From Clostridiales bacterium (GTDB taxonomy: Bacteria > Bacillota > Clostridia > UBA1381), in assembly GCA_029226065.1 (NCBI GenBank), contig JAQXXM010000060.1, positions 1 to 62,497 on the forward strand: 62,497 nucleotides of DNA, written 5' to 3'. Both the position numbers and the translations under genes were made by a program. Below are positions 10,333 to 20,753 of this stretch, piece by piece (the first letter of the stretch is position 1; the number at the start of each line of letters is the position of its first letter). The notes beneath the pieces were generated by a model, which searched no databases, was not told where the DNA came from, and was given only the letters and a program-made list of their open reading frames with translations.

Positions 10333-10348
10333 ACACAATATATAGTAT
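10333..10348 (+). promoter_or_regulatory. Putative NrdR box
   Basis: ACACAATATATAGTAT matches my recollection of the NrdR palindrome acaCwAtATaTwGtgt at about 14 of 16 positions. It lies between the -10 and the nrdD RBS. Confidence 0.4.
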
Positions 10349-10369
10349 TTAACGAAAGGGGAGGAACAA

Positions 10370-12541
10370 ATGAAAGTTATTAAGCGTAACGGCGCAGAAG
10401 TCGATTTTGACGTTGAGAAAATAATTGCCGCAATGACAAAAGCTAATAATTCGGGTCAACATAAAGAGCTTACAGAAGGACAGATACTTGAAGCGGCTGA
10501 CTATATAGCATATAAATGTGATAAAATGAATCGTGCTGTGTCCGTAGAGGAAATTCAGGATTTAGTAGAAAACCAGATAATGGCTTATGGTGCGTTTGAT
10601 ATTGCAAGAAACTATGTGAGGTACAGATATAATCGTTCTCTTGTAAGAAAATCAAATACAACCGATGATAGAATTTTATCTTTGATTGAATGTAACAACG
10701 AAGAAGTAAAACAGGAAAACTCAAACAAGAACCCTACAGTAAACAGTGTTCAGCGTGACTATATGGCAGGAGAGGTAAGTAAAGATATAACAAGACGTAT
10801 TCTCTTACCTGAGGAAATAGTTAAAGCTCACGAGGAAGGAATTATTCATTTCCATGATGCTGACTATTTTGCTCAGCACATGCACAACTGTGATCTTGTA
10901 AATCTTGAAGATATGCTCCAAAACGGTACGGTTATAAGTGAGACACTTATCGAAAAGCCGCACAGCTTTTCGACAGCTTGTAATATATCAACACAGATTA
11001 TTGCGCAGGTTGCTTCATGCCAGTATGGCGGTCAGAGTATTAGTCTTACACATCTTGCTCCGTTTGTTGATGTCAGCCGTAAAAAGATAAGACGTCAGGT
11101 AACGGAGGAACTGCAGAGCATTGATCTGAATGTTTCTGATGAAAAAATTGACGAAATAACAGAAAAAAGATTGCGTCAGGAAATCAAAAACGGTGTTCAG
11201 ATGATACAGTATCAGGTTGTTACACTGATGACAACAAACGGACAAGCTCCTTTTGTAACTGTATTTATGTACCTTAACGAGGCAAAAAATGAGCAGGAAA
11301 AGGCAGATCTTGCACTGATTATTGAAGAAACACTAAAACAGCGTTATATAGGTGTTAAGAACGAGAAGGGTGTATGGATAACACCTGCATTTCCGAAACT
11401 GATATATGTTCTTGAGGAGGACAATGTCCACAAAGACAGCAAATACTATTATTTGACAGAACTTGCGGCAAAGTGTACAGCTAAGAGAATGGTACCGGAC
11501 TACATTTCTGAAAAGATAATGTTAGAGACTAAAGTCGACAAGAACGGTGAAGGTCACTGTTATACTTGTATGGGTTGCAGAAGCTTTTTGACACCGTATG
11601 TTGACGAGGACGGCAAGGCTAAATATTATGGCCGTTTCAATCAGGGTGTAGTAACTGTGAACCTCGTAGATATAGGACTTTCCGCTAAAAAAGATATGAA
11701 AAAGTTCTGGGAAATTTTTGATGAACGCCTTGAACTTTGTCATAGAGCATTACAGTGCCGCCATGAGCGTTTAACAGGAACGCTTTCAGATTCTGCTCCG
11801 ATTTTGTGGCAGTACGGTGCTTTATCAAGACTAAAGAAAGGTGAGACTATAGATAAGTATTTGCACGGCGGTTACTCAACATTGTCGTTGGGATATGCAG
11901 GACTGTGGGAATGTGTTTACAGCCTCATCGGTAAAAAGCTGACAGAGCCCGAGGGCGAGGAACTTGGACTTGAAATTATGCAGAAGCTTAATGAGTATAC
12001 TGCTAAGTGGAAGGCCGCAGAAAATATAGATTATTCGATATACGGCACACCACTTGAAAGTACAACTTATAAATTCGCTAAAAGCTTACAAAAGCGTTTT
12101 GGCATTGTTGAAGGTGTAACGGATAGAAACTATATAACAAACAGTTATCACGTGCACGTAACAGAAGAAATAGACGCTTTTGAAAAATTAAAGCTTGAGG
12201 CAAAATTCCAGACCTTGTCACCTGGCGGTGCTATATCGTATGTTGAAGTACCGAATATGCAGGACAACCTCGAAGCTGTAGAATCTGTAATGAAATTCAT
12301 TTACGACAACATTATGTATGCGGAGCTTAATACTAAATCCGATTATTGTCATGAATGTGGATTTGATGGTCAGATACAAATAGTTGAAGAAAACGGAAAG
12401 CTTGTTTGGGAATGTCCAAACTGCGGAAATCGCAATACGGATAAAATGGACGTTGCACGTCGTACCTGCGGATATATCGGAACACAGTTTTGGAATCAGG
12501 GAAGAACACAGGAAATAAAAGACAGAGTTCTTCATCTGTAA
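10370..12541 (+). CDS. nrdD: Anaerobic ribonucleoside-triphosphate reductase (class III)
   Basis: N-terminal ATP-cone (KRNGAEVDFDVEKI), C-terminal zinc ribbon CHECG...CPNCG and glycyl-radical tail RRTCGYIG. 723 aa. Confidence 0.95.
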   Translation: MKVIKRNGAEVDFDVEKIIAAMTKANNSGQHKELTEGQILEAADYIAYKCDKMNRAVSVEEIQDLVENQIMAYGAFDIARNYVRYRYNRSLVRKSNTTDDRILSLIECNNEEVKQENSNKNPTVNSVQRDYMAGEVSKDITRRILLPEEIVKAHEEGIIHFHDADYFAQHMHNCDLVNLEDMLQNGTVISETLIEKPHSFSTACNISTQIIAQVASCQYGGQSISLTHLAPFVDVSRKKIRRQVTEELQSIDLNVSDEKIDEITEKRLRQEIKNGVQMIQYQVVTLMTTNGQAPFVTVFMYLNEAKNEQEKADLALIIEETLKQRYIGVKNEKGVWITPAFPKLIYVLEEDNVHKDSKYYYLTELAAKCTAKRMVPDYISEKIMLETKVDKNGEGHCYTCMGCRSFLTPYVDEDGKAKYYGRFNQGVVTVNLVDIGLSAKKDMKKFWEIFDERLELCHRALQCRHERLTGTLSDSAPILWQYGALSRLKKGETIDKYLHGGYSTLSLGYAGLWECVYSLIGKKLTEPEGEELGLEIMQKLNEYTAKWKAAENIDYSIYGTPLESTTYKFAKSLQKRFGIVEGVTDRNYITNSYHVHVTEEIDAFEKLKLEAKFQTLSPGGAISYVEVPNMQDNLEAVESVMKFIYDNIMYAELNTKSDYCHECGFDGQIQIVEENGKLVWECPNCGNRNTDKMDVARRTCGYIGTQFWNQGRTQEIKDRVLHL

Positions 12542-12556
12542 GTCGGAGGTAATGGT

Positions 12557-13078
12557 TTGAACTATGCAGAAATAAAATACTGCGATATAGCAAACGGTGA
12601 AGGCGTAAGAGTGAGCTTGTTTGTATCAGGGTGTACCCATAGATGCAAAAACTGTTTTAATGAAATTGCATGGGACTTTAATTATGGCAACAAGTTTACA
12701 GAAGAAATCGAAAATAAGATTATAGAAGCTTGTAAACCCGAATATATATCCGGTATAACCATTTTAGGAGGAGAGCCGTTTGAACCTGAAAATCAGCCGG
12801 CACTGACGAAGTTTCTGCATAGGTTCAGAGAACTTATGCCGGATAAGAATGTGTGGTGCTATTCAGGATATACGTATGAGGAACTGACGGGTGAGAGAAA
12901 AAGCAGATGCTATACCGATAATACATCTGAAATGTTAGATATGATTGATGTTTTAGTTGACGGGAAATTCGTTCAGGAGCTACATAGCATTATGTTGAAA
13001 TTCCGTGGCAGTTCCAATCAGCGTTTGATAGACTTAAGAAAAACACGTGAAACAGGTCAAATTGTAATTAAAGAATAA
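12557..13078 (+). CDS. nrdG: Class III ribonucleotide reductase activating protein (radical SAM)
   Basis: GCTHRCKNCFN cluster motif and N-terminal DIANGEGVR. TTG start 7 nt after GGAGG. Directly downstream of nrdD. Confidence 0.9.
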   Translation: MNYAEIKYCDIANGEGVRVSLFVSGCTHRCKNCFNEIAWDFNYGNKFTEEIENKIIEACKPEYISGITILGGEPFEPENQPALTKFLHRFRELMPDKNVWCYSGYTYEELTGERKSRCYTDNTSEMLDMIDVLVDGKFVQELHSIMLKFRGSSNQRLIDLRKTRETGQIVIKE

Positions 13079-13088
13079 TTCAAAATGG

Positions 13089-13110
13089 GGGTGTTGCGTT
13101 AGCAGCACCC
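13089..13110 (+). terminator. Candidate nrdG terminator hairpin
   Basis: GGGTGTTGC / GCAGCACCC stem with one mismatch and a GTTA loop, followed by a T-rich stretch. Confidence 0.45.
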
Positions 13111-13242
13111 TCATATTGATTTTATTGTCTTTTAAGCCTTTGAACGATCTGCGCTAAATGCAACAGCCCCATTTATTTATGCATAAATTAAATATTATTG
13201 AACACAATAAAAGTAAATAAAATGGTGTAGGGGAGAGTAAAA

Positions 13243-14250
13243 TTGAACAGGAAATTAGGCAAACAGACAATAGGATTAAAAATCTGCCCATATATTATTT
13301 CACGTGCTTCTGTAGTGGGTCAAAAAGAGGGTGAAGGTCCGCTAAAAGATAGTTTTGATATGATTGTATCTGATGATAAAATGGGTCAAATTTCGTGGGA
13401 TCTCGCCGAAGGTGCATTTCAAAAAACAGCCGTAGAGATAGCTTTAAAAAAAGCTAACTTGAAAAATAGCGATATTGACTATATTTTATCGGGTGATTTA
13501 CAAAATCAGTGTGCGGCTACTCACTACGGATTGAGAGAAACAAACATACCGTTTCTCGGTCTTTACGGTGCATGCTCTACAATGATTGAGGGTTTATCTG
13601 TCGCTTCAATGCTTATAAGCGGAGACTATGCAGAACGTGTTATAGCATTAACATCGAGCCATTTTTGCAGTGCAGAGAAACAGTATAGAAATCCATTGGA
13701 GTACGGCGGTCAAAGAACACCCACCGCTCAATGGACAGCAACTGCGTCAGGGGCTGTAATACTTTCAAATGCAGGAAACGGACCGAAAGTTACACATATA
13801 ACTACGGGTAAAATTATCGATAAAGGGATATGCGATGTATCTAATATGGGTGCCGCAATGGCACCTGCGGCACTCGATACTATTGTGGCACATTTTAATG
13901 ACACAGGATTAACACCTGATGACTACGATCTTATTTTAACAGGGGATTTGGGTGTATTAGGTTCTGAAATCCTTTGTGATTTAATTAAAAACGACGGGTA
14001 TGATATATCAAAAAAACACAACGATTGCGGTAAAATGCTATATAATATAGAGGAACAAGATGTTCATTCAGGAGGAAGCGGATGCGGATGCTGCGCAAGT
14101 GTTTTGTGCGGGCATATTTTATCAGAGCTGGAAAAAGGAAAATATAAAAAAATATTAGTAGCGGCAACAGGCGCACTTATGAATCCATTGACTGTACTGC
14201 AAGGGGAGAGTATACCTACAATATCTCACGCCGTATCAATCAGCATATAA
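13243..14250 (+). CDS. spoVAD: Stage V sporulation protein AD
   Basis: 335 aa. Thiolase/KAS-like fold signature (GACST, SGGSGCGC) and N-terminus similar to B. subtilis SpoVAD. TTG start after GGGGAGAG. Confidence 0.85.
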   Translation: MNRKLGKQTIGLKICPYIISRASVVGQKEGEGPLKDSFDMIVSDDKMGQISWDLAEGAFQKTAVEIALKKANLKNSDIDYILSGDLQNQCAATHYGLRETNIPFLGLYGACSTMIEGLSVASMLISGDYAERVIALTSSHFCSAEKQYRNPLEYGGQRTPTAQWTATASGAVILSNAGNGPKVTHITTGKIIDKGICDVSNMGAAMAPAALDTIVAHFNDTGLTPDDYDLILTGDLGVLGSEILCDLIKNDGYDISKKHNDCGKMLYNIEEQDVHSGGSGCGCCASVLCGHILSELEKGKYKKILVAATGALMNPLTVLQGESIPTISHAVSISI

Positions 14251-14262
14251 GGAGAAAATACT

Positions 14263-14619
14263 ATGGATTACGTTAAAGCATTTATTGTTGGAGGAATTAT
14301 ATGTGCAATAGGACAAGTTTTAATAGATAAGACGAAATTGACACCGGCAAGAATACTCGTTGCATTTGTATGCACAGGAACAGTTTTGCAGTTATTTGAT
14401 TTATATAAACCGATTATTGATTTTGCAGGTGCAGGTGCAAGTGTTCCGTTAACGGGATTTGGTTCAGTTCTTATGGATGGAGTTAAAAAAGCTGTTGATG
14501 ATAAAGGTTTCTTAGGTGTAATAACAGGCGGATTAACTGCATCTGCAGCAGGAATAAGTTCCGCACTAATATTTGGTTTTTTGGTATCACTAATATTTAA
14601 GTCAAAGCCAAAGTCATAA
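14263..14619 (+). CDS. spoVAE: Stage V sporulation protein AE (SpoVAEB type)
   Basis: 118-aa membrane protein. From memory it aligns along its full length with B. subtilis SpoVAEB (FAGAGA.VP.T.FG, ILFGF...IFK). Confidence 0.85.
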   Translation: MDYVKAFIVGGIICAIGQVLIDKTKLTPARILVAFVCTGTVLQLFDLYKPIIDFAGAGASVPLTGFGSVLMDGVKKAVDDKGFLGVITGGLTASAAGISSALIFGFLVSLIFKSKPKS

Positions 14620-14641
14620 ACGAGGGAAGTATATAAATGTA

Positions 14642-14677
14642 TTTAAGTTTAATAAATCACTCTTTATTAAACTTAAA
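14642..14677. terminator. Bidirectional terminator hairpin between convergent genes
   Basis: Perfect 15-bp stem TTTAAGTTTAATAAA / TTTATTAAACTTAAA with a 6-nt loop. Confidence 0.7.
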
Positions 14678-14690
14678 CAATGATTTTTTA

Positions 14691-15410
14691 TCAGAAGGAC
14701 ATAATGGTGCCAATGTCCTTCAAAATACCCTTATTCAGTGATACTGCGTCTACTCCTACGTTTTTACAAAATGATATTATATTATTGTAGTCAGGATGAG
14801 TTTTTAAATCACCGTTAAAACATAATGTACTATCATTTATCAGTCCTGACGCACCGCCTATAAAACCTTGCATCCCATACAATTCAATATAACCTTCTTG
14901 AATTTTTAAAACATTGATATTATGCTCTTTCAGTAATTTATATATGCCATTATCGGATGTGATGGCTGAATTGTCATTAACAACGCAAATACTGCATTTT
15001 GCATATCCCTGTTTTGAATTTAAAATAATCTTTTTAAGGCTACGGTATTCTGTGAGAATTTCTATCGTCACTGACAGCGGTCTGCAAATCACGTAGTCTC
15101 CCAATAAGCATACGTTATAAGCTACATCATCAGGATATTTGTCTTTCAGTTGTTTTGTACCTGAAAATATATTAACATCATGCAAATTCAACGATTTATA
15201 GTAATTATACGTTTCAGGTGCACATATCGCTCTATTGTTTATAAAATGTATCTGCATATCAGGATGACCTGACACCTCACCATACAGAGAGTTTACGGCT
15301 GTTGTTTTATATACATCAACACCTAAATTCCTTAATTCTGATATAGTTATATCCTCTGTTCTAAAATCAACCAATACCCTATTTGAACATACGTTCGTGT
15401 GTTTGTTCAT
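14691..15410 (-). CDS. Conserved hypothetical protein (possibly a DUF6873-type family; uncertain recollection)
   Basis: 239-aa ORF with no signal peptide or TM segment. Short motifs GHPDMQ, YPDDVAYN and GFIGGASG; no catalytic motif I can assign. Confidence 0.5.
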   Translation of the reverse strand: MNKHTNVCSNRVLVDFRTEDITISELRNLGVDVYKTTAVNSLYGEVSGHPDMQIHFINNRAICAPETYNYYKSLNLHDVNIFSGTKQLKDKYPDDVAYNVCLLGDYVICRPLSVTIEILTEYRSLKKIILNSKQGYAKCSICVVNDNSAITSDNGIYKLLKEHNINVLKIQEGYIELYGMQGFIGGASGLINDSTLCFNGDLKTHPDYNNIISFCKNVGVDAVSLNKGILKDIGTIMSF

Positions 15411-15421
15411 TTCAATATATC

Positions 15422-15450
15422 AAGTAGACATAAAAAACTTATGTCTACTT
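15422..15450 (-). terminator. Hairpin after the ligA stop
   Basis: AAGTAGACATAA / TTATGTCTACTT 12-bp stem 6 nt after the stop. No clear U-tract. Confidence 0.45.
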
Positions 15451-15456
15451 ATCCTT

Positions 15457-17460
<2,004 letters not shown>

Positions 17461-17479
17461 TTACGTAAAATAATTATGT

Positions 17480-18127
17480 TTACTTTACGGAAGTTGTTAA
17501 TCCTGAGCCGTAATATTTTGGAACATCGCCTGATATAACTGTTTCTGCAATAGGAACGGTTATTTCAAGTCTTTCACGCTCATCAAGCACAAAACTGCGA
17601 TAATGCATATCAACCCATATTTTAAGCTTTATACTATGCCTTGTATGGTTTATGCCTACCGATTCAAATGTATCCTCTATTTTTGAATTTACTACACTTA
17701 TAGGTATTATTTTGACAGGTATTTGTGGGCCTGCTGATGATAACAAATAGTAATTTGTAAGACTGCCCAACGGTATATACAGTTTTGCCGGATAATCAGC
17801 ATTTAATGCGTTTTGAATGTTAATTGACAACTCTGACGTAAATGAATTTATTTTTGAGGTGTCTGCTTCAATCATTGATATACCGTCTGATGAAATTATT
17901 TCAAAAAAATCACCGAACTCCGTTTTTGAGGTGGTCTCCATAATACATTTATTTACTAAATCAGTAAAAGCAGTGTTCGAGTAATTAGAGGTTTGCGCAA
18001 CAAAAGTAGGCTCGGCCCTTTTTAGTATTATATGAGCCAAAAAACAAACAAATACAAGAGTACACAGCATCGGTATTAAAACCGAAGCTGTGTGTCTTTT
18101 TCTATAACCCACTCTCATCAGTCTCAC
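17480..18127 (-). CDS. yunB: Sporulation protein YunB-like
   Basis: 215 aa. A single N-terminal TM segment followed by a soluble domain. Layout and size resemble the YunB family. Family assignment is from memory only. Confidence 0.55.
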   Translation of the reverse strand: MRLMRVGYRKRHTASVLIPMLCTLVFVCFLAHIILKRAEPTFVAQTSNYSNTAFTDLVNKCIMETTSKTEFGDFFEIISSDGISMIEADTSKINSFTSELSINIQNALNADYPAKLYIPLGSLTNYYLLSSAGPQIPVKIIPISVVNSKIEDTFESVGINHTRHSIKLKIWVDMHYRSFVLDERERLEITVPIAETVISGDVPKYYGSGLTTSVK

Positions 18128-18165
18128 CTCATGGTATAATATGCAATCGGTGAAAAGAGCGTGAT

Positions 18166-19920
18166 TTATCTCTTTTTATCCTCAACTTCCTTGACAATCA
18201 TATCAACAAATGCATCGACATCCATACTGCCCATATCGCCCTCTTTACGTGAACGAACAGATACAGCACCTGATTCCACATCCTTGTCACCTACAACTAT
18301 CATATATGGAACCTTTTCAAGCTGAGCTTCACGAAGCTTAAAGCCGAGTTTTTCGGAACGGTCATCAACCTCAATTCTCCATATACCGCGTGCTTCAAGC
18401 TTTTTCTTGACATCGTATACAAAATCAAGATGACGGTCAGCTATAGGTAGGAACTTGATTTGTACAGGTGCAAGCCATAACGGAAATGCACCCGCATATT
18501 TTTCAATCAATAACGCTAAAGTTCTTTCGTAGCAGCCTATCGACGTTCTGTGAATGATATACGGATTTTTCTTCTGTCCGTCACGGTCAACGTATTCCAT
18601 ACCGAATTTCTCGGCAAGCATCTGATCAATTTGTATTGTAACGAGGGTGTCTTCCTTGCCATGCACATTTTTAATCTGTATATCAAGCTTGGGACCGTAG
18701 AATGCCGCCTCACCTATACCGATTTTATAATCAAGACCAATATCATCAAGAATTTTTTTCATCATTGACTGGGCTTCATTCCACTGCTCGTCTGTACCAA
18801 TATACTTCTCTCTGTTATCGGGATCCCACTGTGAAAATCTGTAGGATACATCTTCTAATAAACCAAGTGTATCAAGCATCTCTCTTGTGAGTTCAAGACA
18901 GCCTCTGAACTCGTCCTCAAGCTGCTCGGGAGTACACATAAGATGTCCTTCCGAAATTGTAAACTGACGAACTCTTATAAGTCCGTGCATTTCGCCCGAC
19001 GCTTCGTTTCTGAACAGTGTTGATGTCTCATTCAAACGCATGGGAAGGTCACGATATGAACGGCCTCTGTTCAAAAATGCCTGATACTGGAACGGACAAG
19101 TCATAGGTCTTAATGCGAAAACCTCTTTGTCAGTTTCTTCATTGCCAAGTACAAACATTCCGTCCTGATAATGATCCCAGTGACCTGAAACCTTGTACAA
19201 GTCACTCTTTGCCATTAACGGCGTTTTCGTTAACTGCCAGCCATGCTGTTGTTCTGTATCTTCAACCCAACGCTGCAACAATTGAATAATCCTTGCACCT
19301 TTTGGGAGCATTATCGGTAATCCTTGACCTATCATATCAACAGTTGTAAACAGCTCAAGATCACGGCCAAGCTTGTTGTGATCACGTTTTTTTGCCTCTT
19401 CAAGCTGTTCTAAATATTCTTCAAGCTCGTCCTTTGTCTTAAACGCTGTACCATATACACGTGTAAGCATTTTATTATGCTCGTCACCACGCCAGTATGC
19501 ACCTGTTGCAGATAACAATTTGAACGCCTTGATTTTTGAAGTGTAATTCACGTGAGGGCCTGCACAAAGATCTGTAAATTCGCCCTGCTTATAAAAGGAT
19601 ATTGTCTCCCCATCAGGTAAATCGTTTATAAGCTCTACTTTGTAAGGCTCATCCTTCATAAGTTCAAGTGCCTCACCTCTTGGCAATTCAAATCGCTCAA
19701 TTTTCAGATTTTCTTTAGCTATTTTCTTCATTTCAGCTTCCAATTCGTCAAGCTGTTCTCTTGTAAACGGTGTTTCTATATCAAAATCATAATAAAATCC
19801 GTTATCAATAGCAGGACCTATTGCAAGCTTTGTTTGCGGAAATAAGCGTTTAACTGCTTGTGCAAGCAAATGTGATGCGGAGTGACGCAATGTTTGTAGT
19901 TCGTTTAATTGTTCTGACAT
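18166..19920 (-). CDS. thrS: Threonine--tRNA ligase (lacks the N-terminal TGS domain)
   Basis: Editing-domain HxxxH (HSASH) and CAGPH, class II catalytic core, C-terminal anticodon-binding domain. Start trimmed to ATG 19920 (MSEQL), 8 nt after AGGA. Confidence 0.95.
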   Translation of the reverse strand: MSEQLNELQTLRHSASHLLAQAVKRLFPQTKLAIGPAIDNGFYYDFDIETPFTREQLDELEAEMKKIAKENLKIERFELPRGEALELMKDEPYKVELINDLPDGETISFYKQGEFTDLCAGPHVNYTSKIKAFKLLSATGAYWRGDEHNKMLTRVYGTAFKTKDELEEYLEQLEEAKKRDHNKLGRDLELFTTVDMIGQGLPIMLPKGARIIQLLQRWVEDTEQQHGWQLTKTPLMAKSDLYKVSGHWDHYQDGMFVLGNEETDKEVFALRPMTCPFQYQAFLNRGRSYRDLPMRLNETSTLFRNEASGEMHGLIRVRQFTISEGHLMCTPEQLEDEFRGCLELTREMLDTLGLLEDVSYRFSQWDPDNREKYIGTDEQWNEAQSMMKKILDDIGLDYKIGIGEAAFYGPKLDIQIKNVHGKEDTLVTIQIDQMLAEKFGMEYVDRDGQKKNPYIIHRTSIGCYERTLALLIEKYAGAFPLWLAPVQIKFLPIADRHLDFVYDVKKKLEARGIWRIEVDDRSEKLGFKLREAQLEKVPYMIVVGDKDVESGAVSVRSRKEGDMGSMDVDAFVDMIVKEVEDKKR

Positions 19921-20002
19921 ATAAATCATCCTTTCTTTTTGTGCTTGGGAAATGATTTTTCGGAAGCAAATTGCTCATTCAAACGAGAAAATTACTATTT
20001 AA

Positions 20003-20265
20003 CAAAAAAATCCCAAGCAAATACAATGTATCTGCTCAGGAGTGCTTTTTTACACGGTTCCATCCTGATTACGGCTACAGTGCCGTCACTTAATTCATCT
20101 TTAACGCAGATTTACGGTGGATTTACTAAGGCATATTGCCCGTTCTGCCACTGCTCCAAAGTGGTATTCACTAATATTGTTTATAGGAATATTTACAGCC
20201 ACGATATTCCCTCTCTTGATAAACATTTATATCAGCTACTGTCTTTTTCATAGCAATTTAACTTT
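20003..20265 (-). promoter_or_regulatory. T-box riboswitch leader (Thr, ACC specifier) controlling thrS
   Basis: Minus strand carries an AGAGAG box (20211-20216) and GAAUACCAC with ACC at 20163-20165. The T-box sequence AAUCAGGAUGGAACCGUG is at 20053-20070. The terminator CCUGAGCAGAUAC/GUAUUUGCUUGGG plus U7 is at 20003-20040. Confidence 0.8.
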
Positions 20266-20271
20266 AATATG

Positions 20272-20300
20272 ATTATATCATTTTAAATATTGTTTGTCAA
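20272..20300 (-). promoter_or_regulatory. Consensus sigma-A promoter for the thrS T-box leader
   Basis: Minus strand reads TTGACA (20295-20300), exactly 17 nt, TATAAT (20272-20277). The -35 overlaps the upstream gene's stop codon. Confidence 0.7.
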
Positions 20301-20752
20301 GTATTAAATGCAAAAATTATAGCAACTATTACACCTAAGACAGCACCTGCAAAAACCTCAACAGGTGTATGTCCGAGGAGTTCTTTTAATTTCTTACCTG
20401 TCTGTGACGAATCTTTATAGCGCATAGACTCAACAATTTTATTAAGTATTTTAGCCTGCTCCCCCGCACTTCGCCTTACTCCCGTTGCATCGTACATAAC
20501 AACTATCGCAAAGGCAGCTGCAAGTGCAAATTCAACACTTGAAAACGATGTTTCAAACCCAACCGCAGTTGCAAGTGACACTGTAAATGATGCATGCGAG
20601 CTTGGCATTCCTCCTGAGCCGAACATTCTTGTAAAATCAAAACGTCTATCCTTTATAAGTGTTATAACCACTTTTATTGCTTGTGCGATAAACCACGAAA
20701 GAATGGCTGTCTGCAAAATTTTGTTAAAAAAGATGTCTGCAACGTAATTCAT
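20297..20752 (-). CDS. Divergent PAP2 / DUF212 family membrane protein (YuiD-like)
   Basis: GGMPSSHASF motif and multiple TM segments. Start trimmed to MNYVAD, adjacent to the ispA stop. Confidence 0.75.
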   Translation of the reverse strand: MNYVADIFFNKILQTAILSWFIAQAIKVVITLIKDRRFDFTRMFGSGGMPSSHASFTVSLATAVGFETSFSSVEFALAAAFAIVVMYDATGVRRSAGEQAKILNKIVESMRYKDSSQTGKKLKELLGHTPVEVFAGAVLGVIVAIIFAFNT

Positions 20753-20753
20753 A

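Noticed and set aside
19939-20253. 104-aa plus-strand ORF from the track
   Set aside because: It lies exactly antisense to the thrS T-box leader. It has no RBS and a Cys/Leu/Ser-rich composition. The T-box elements explain the region.
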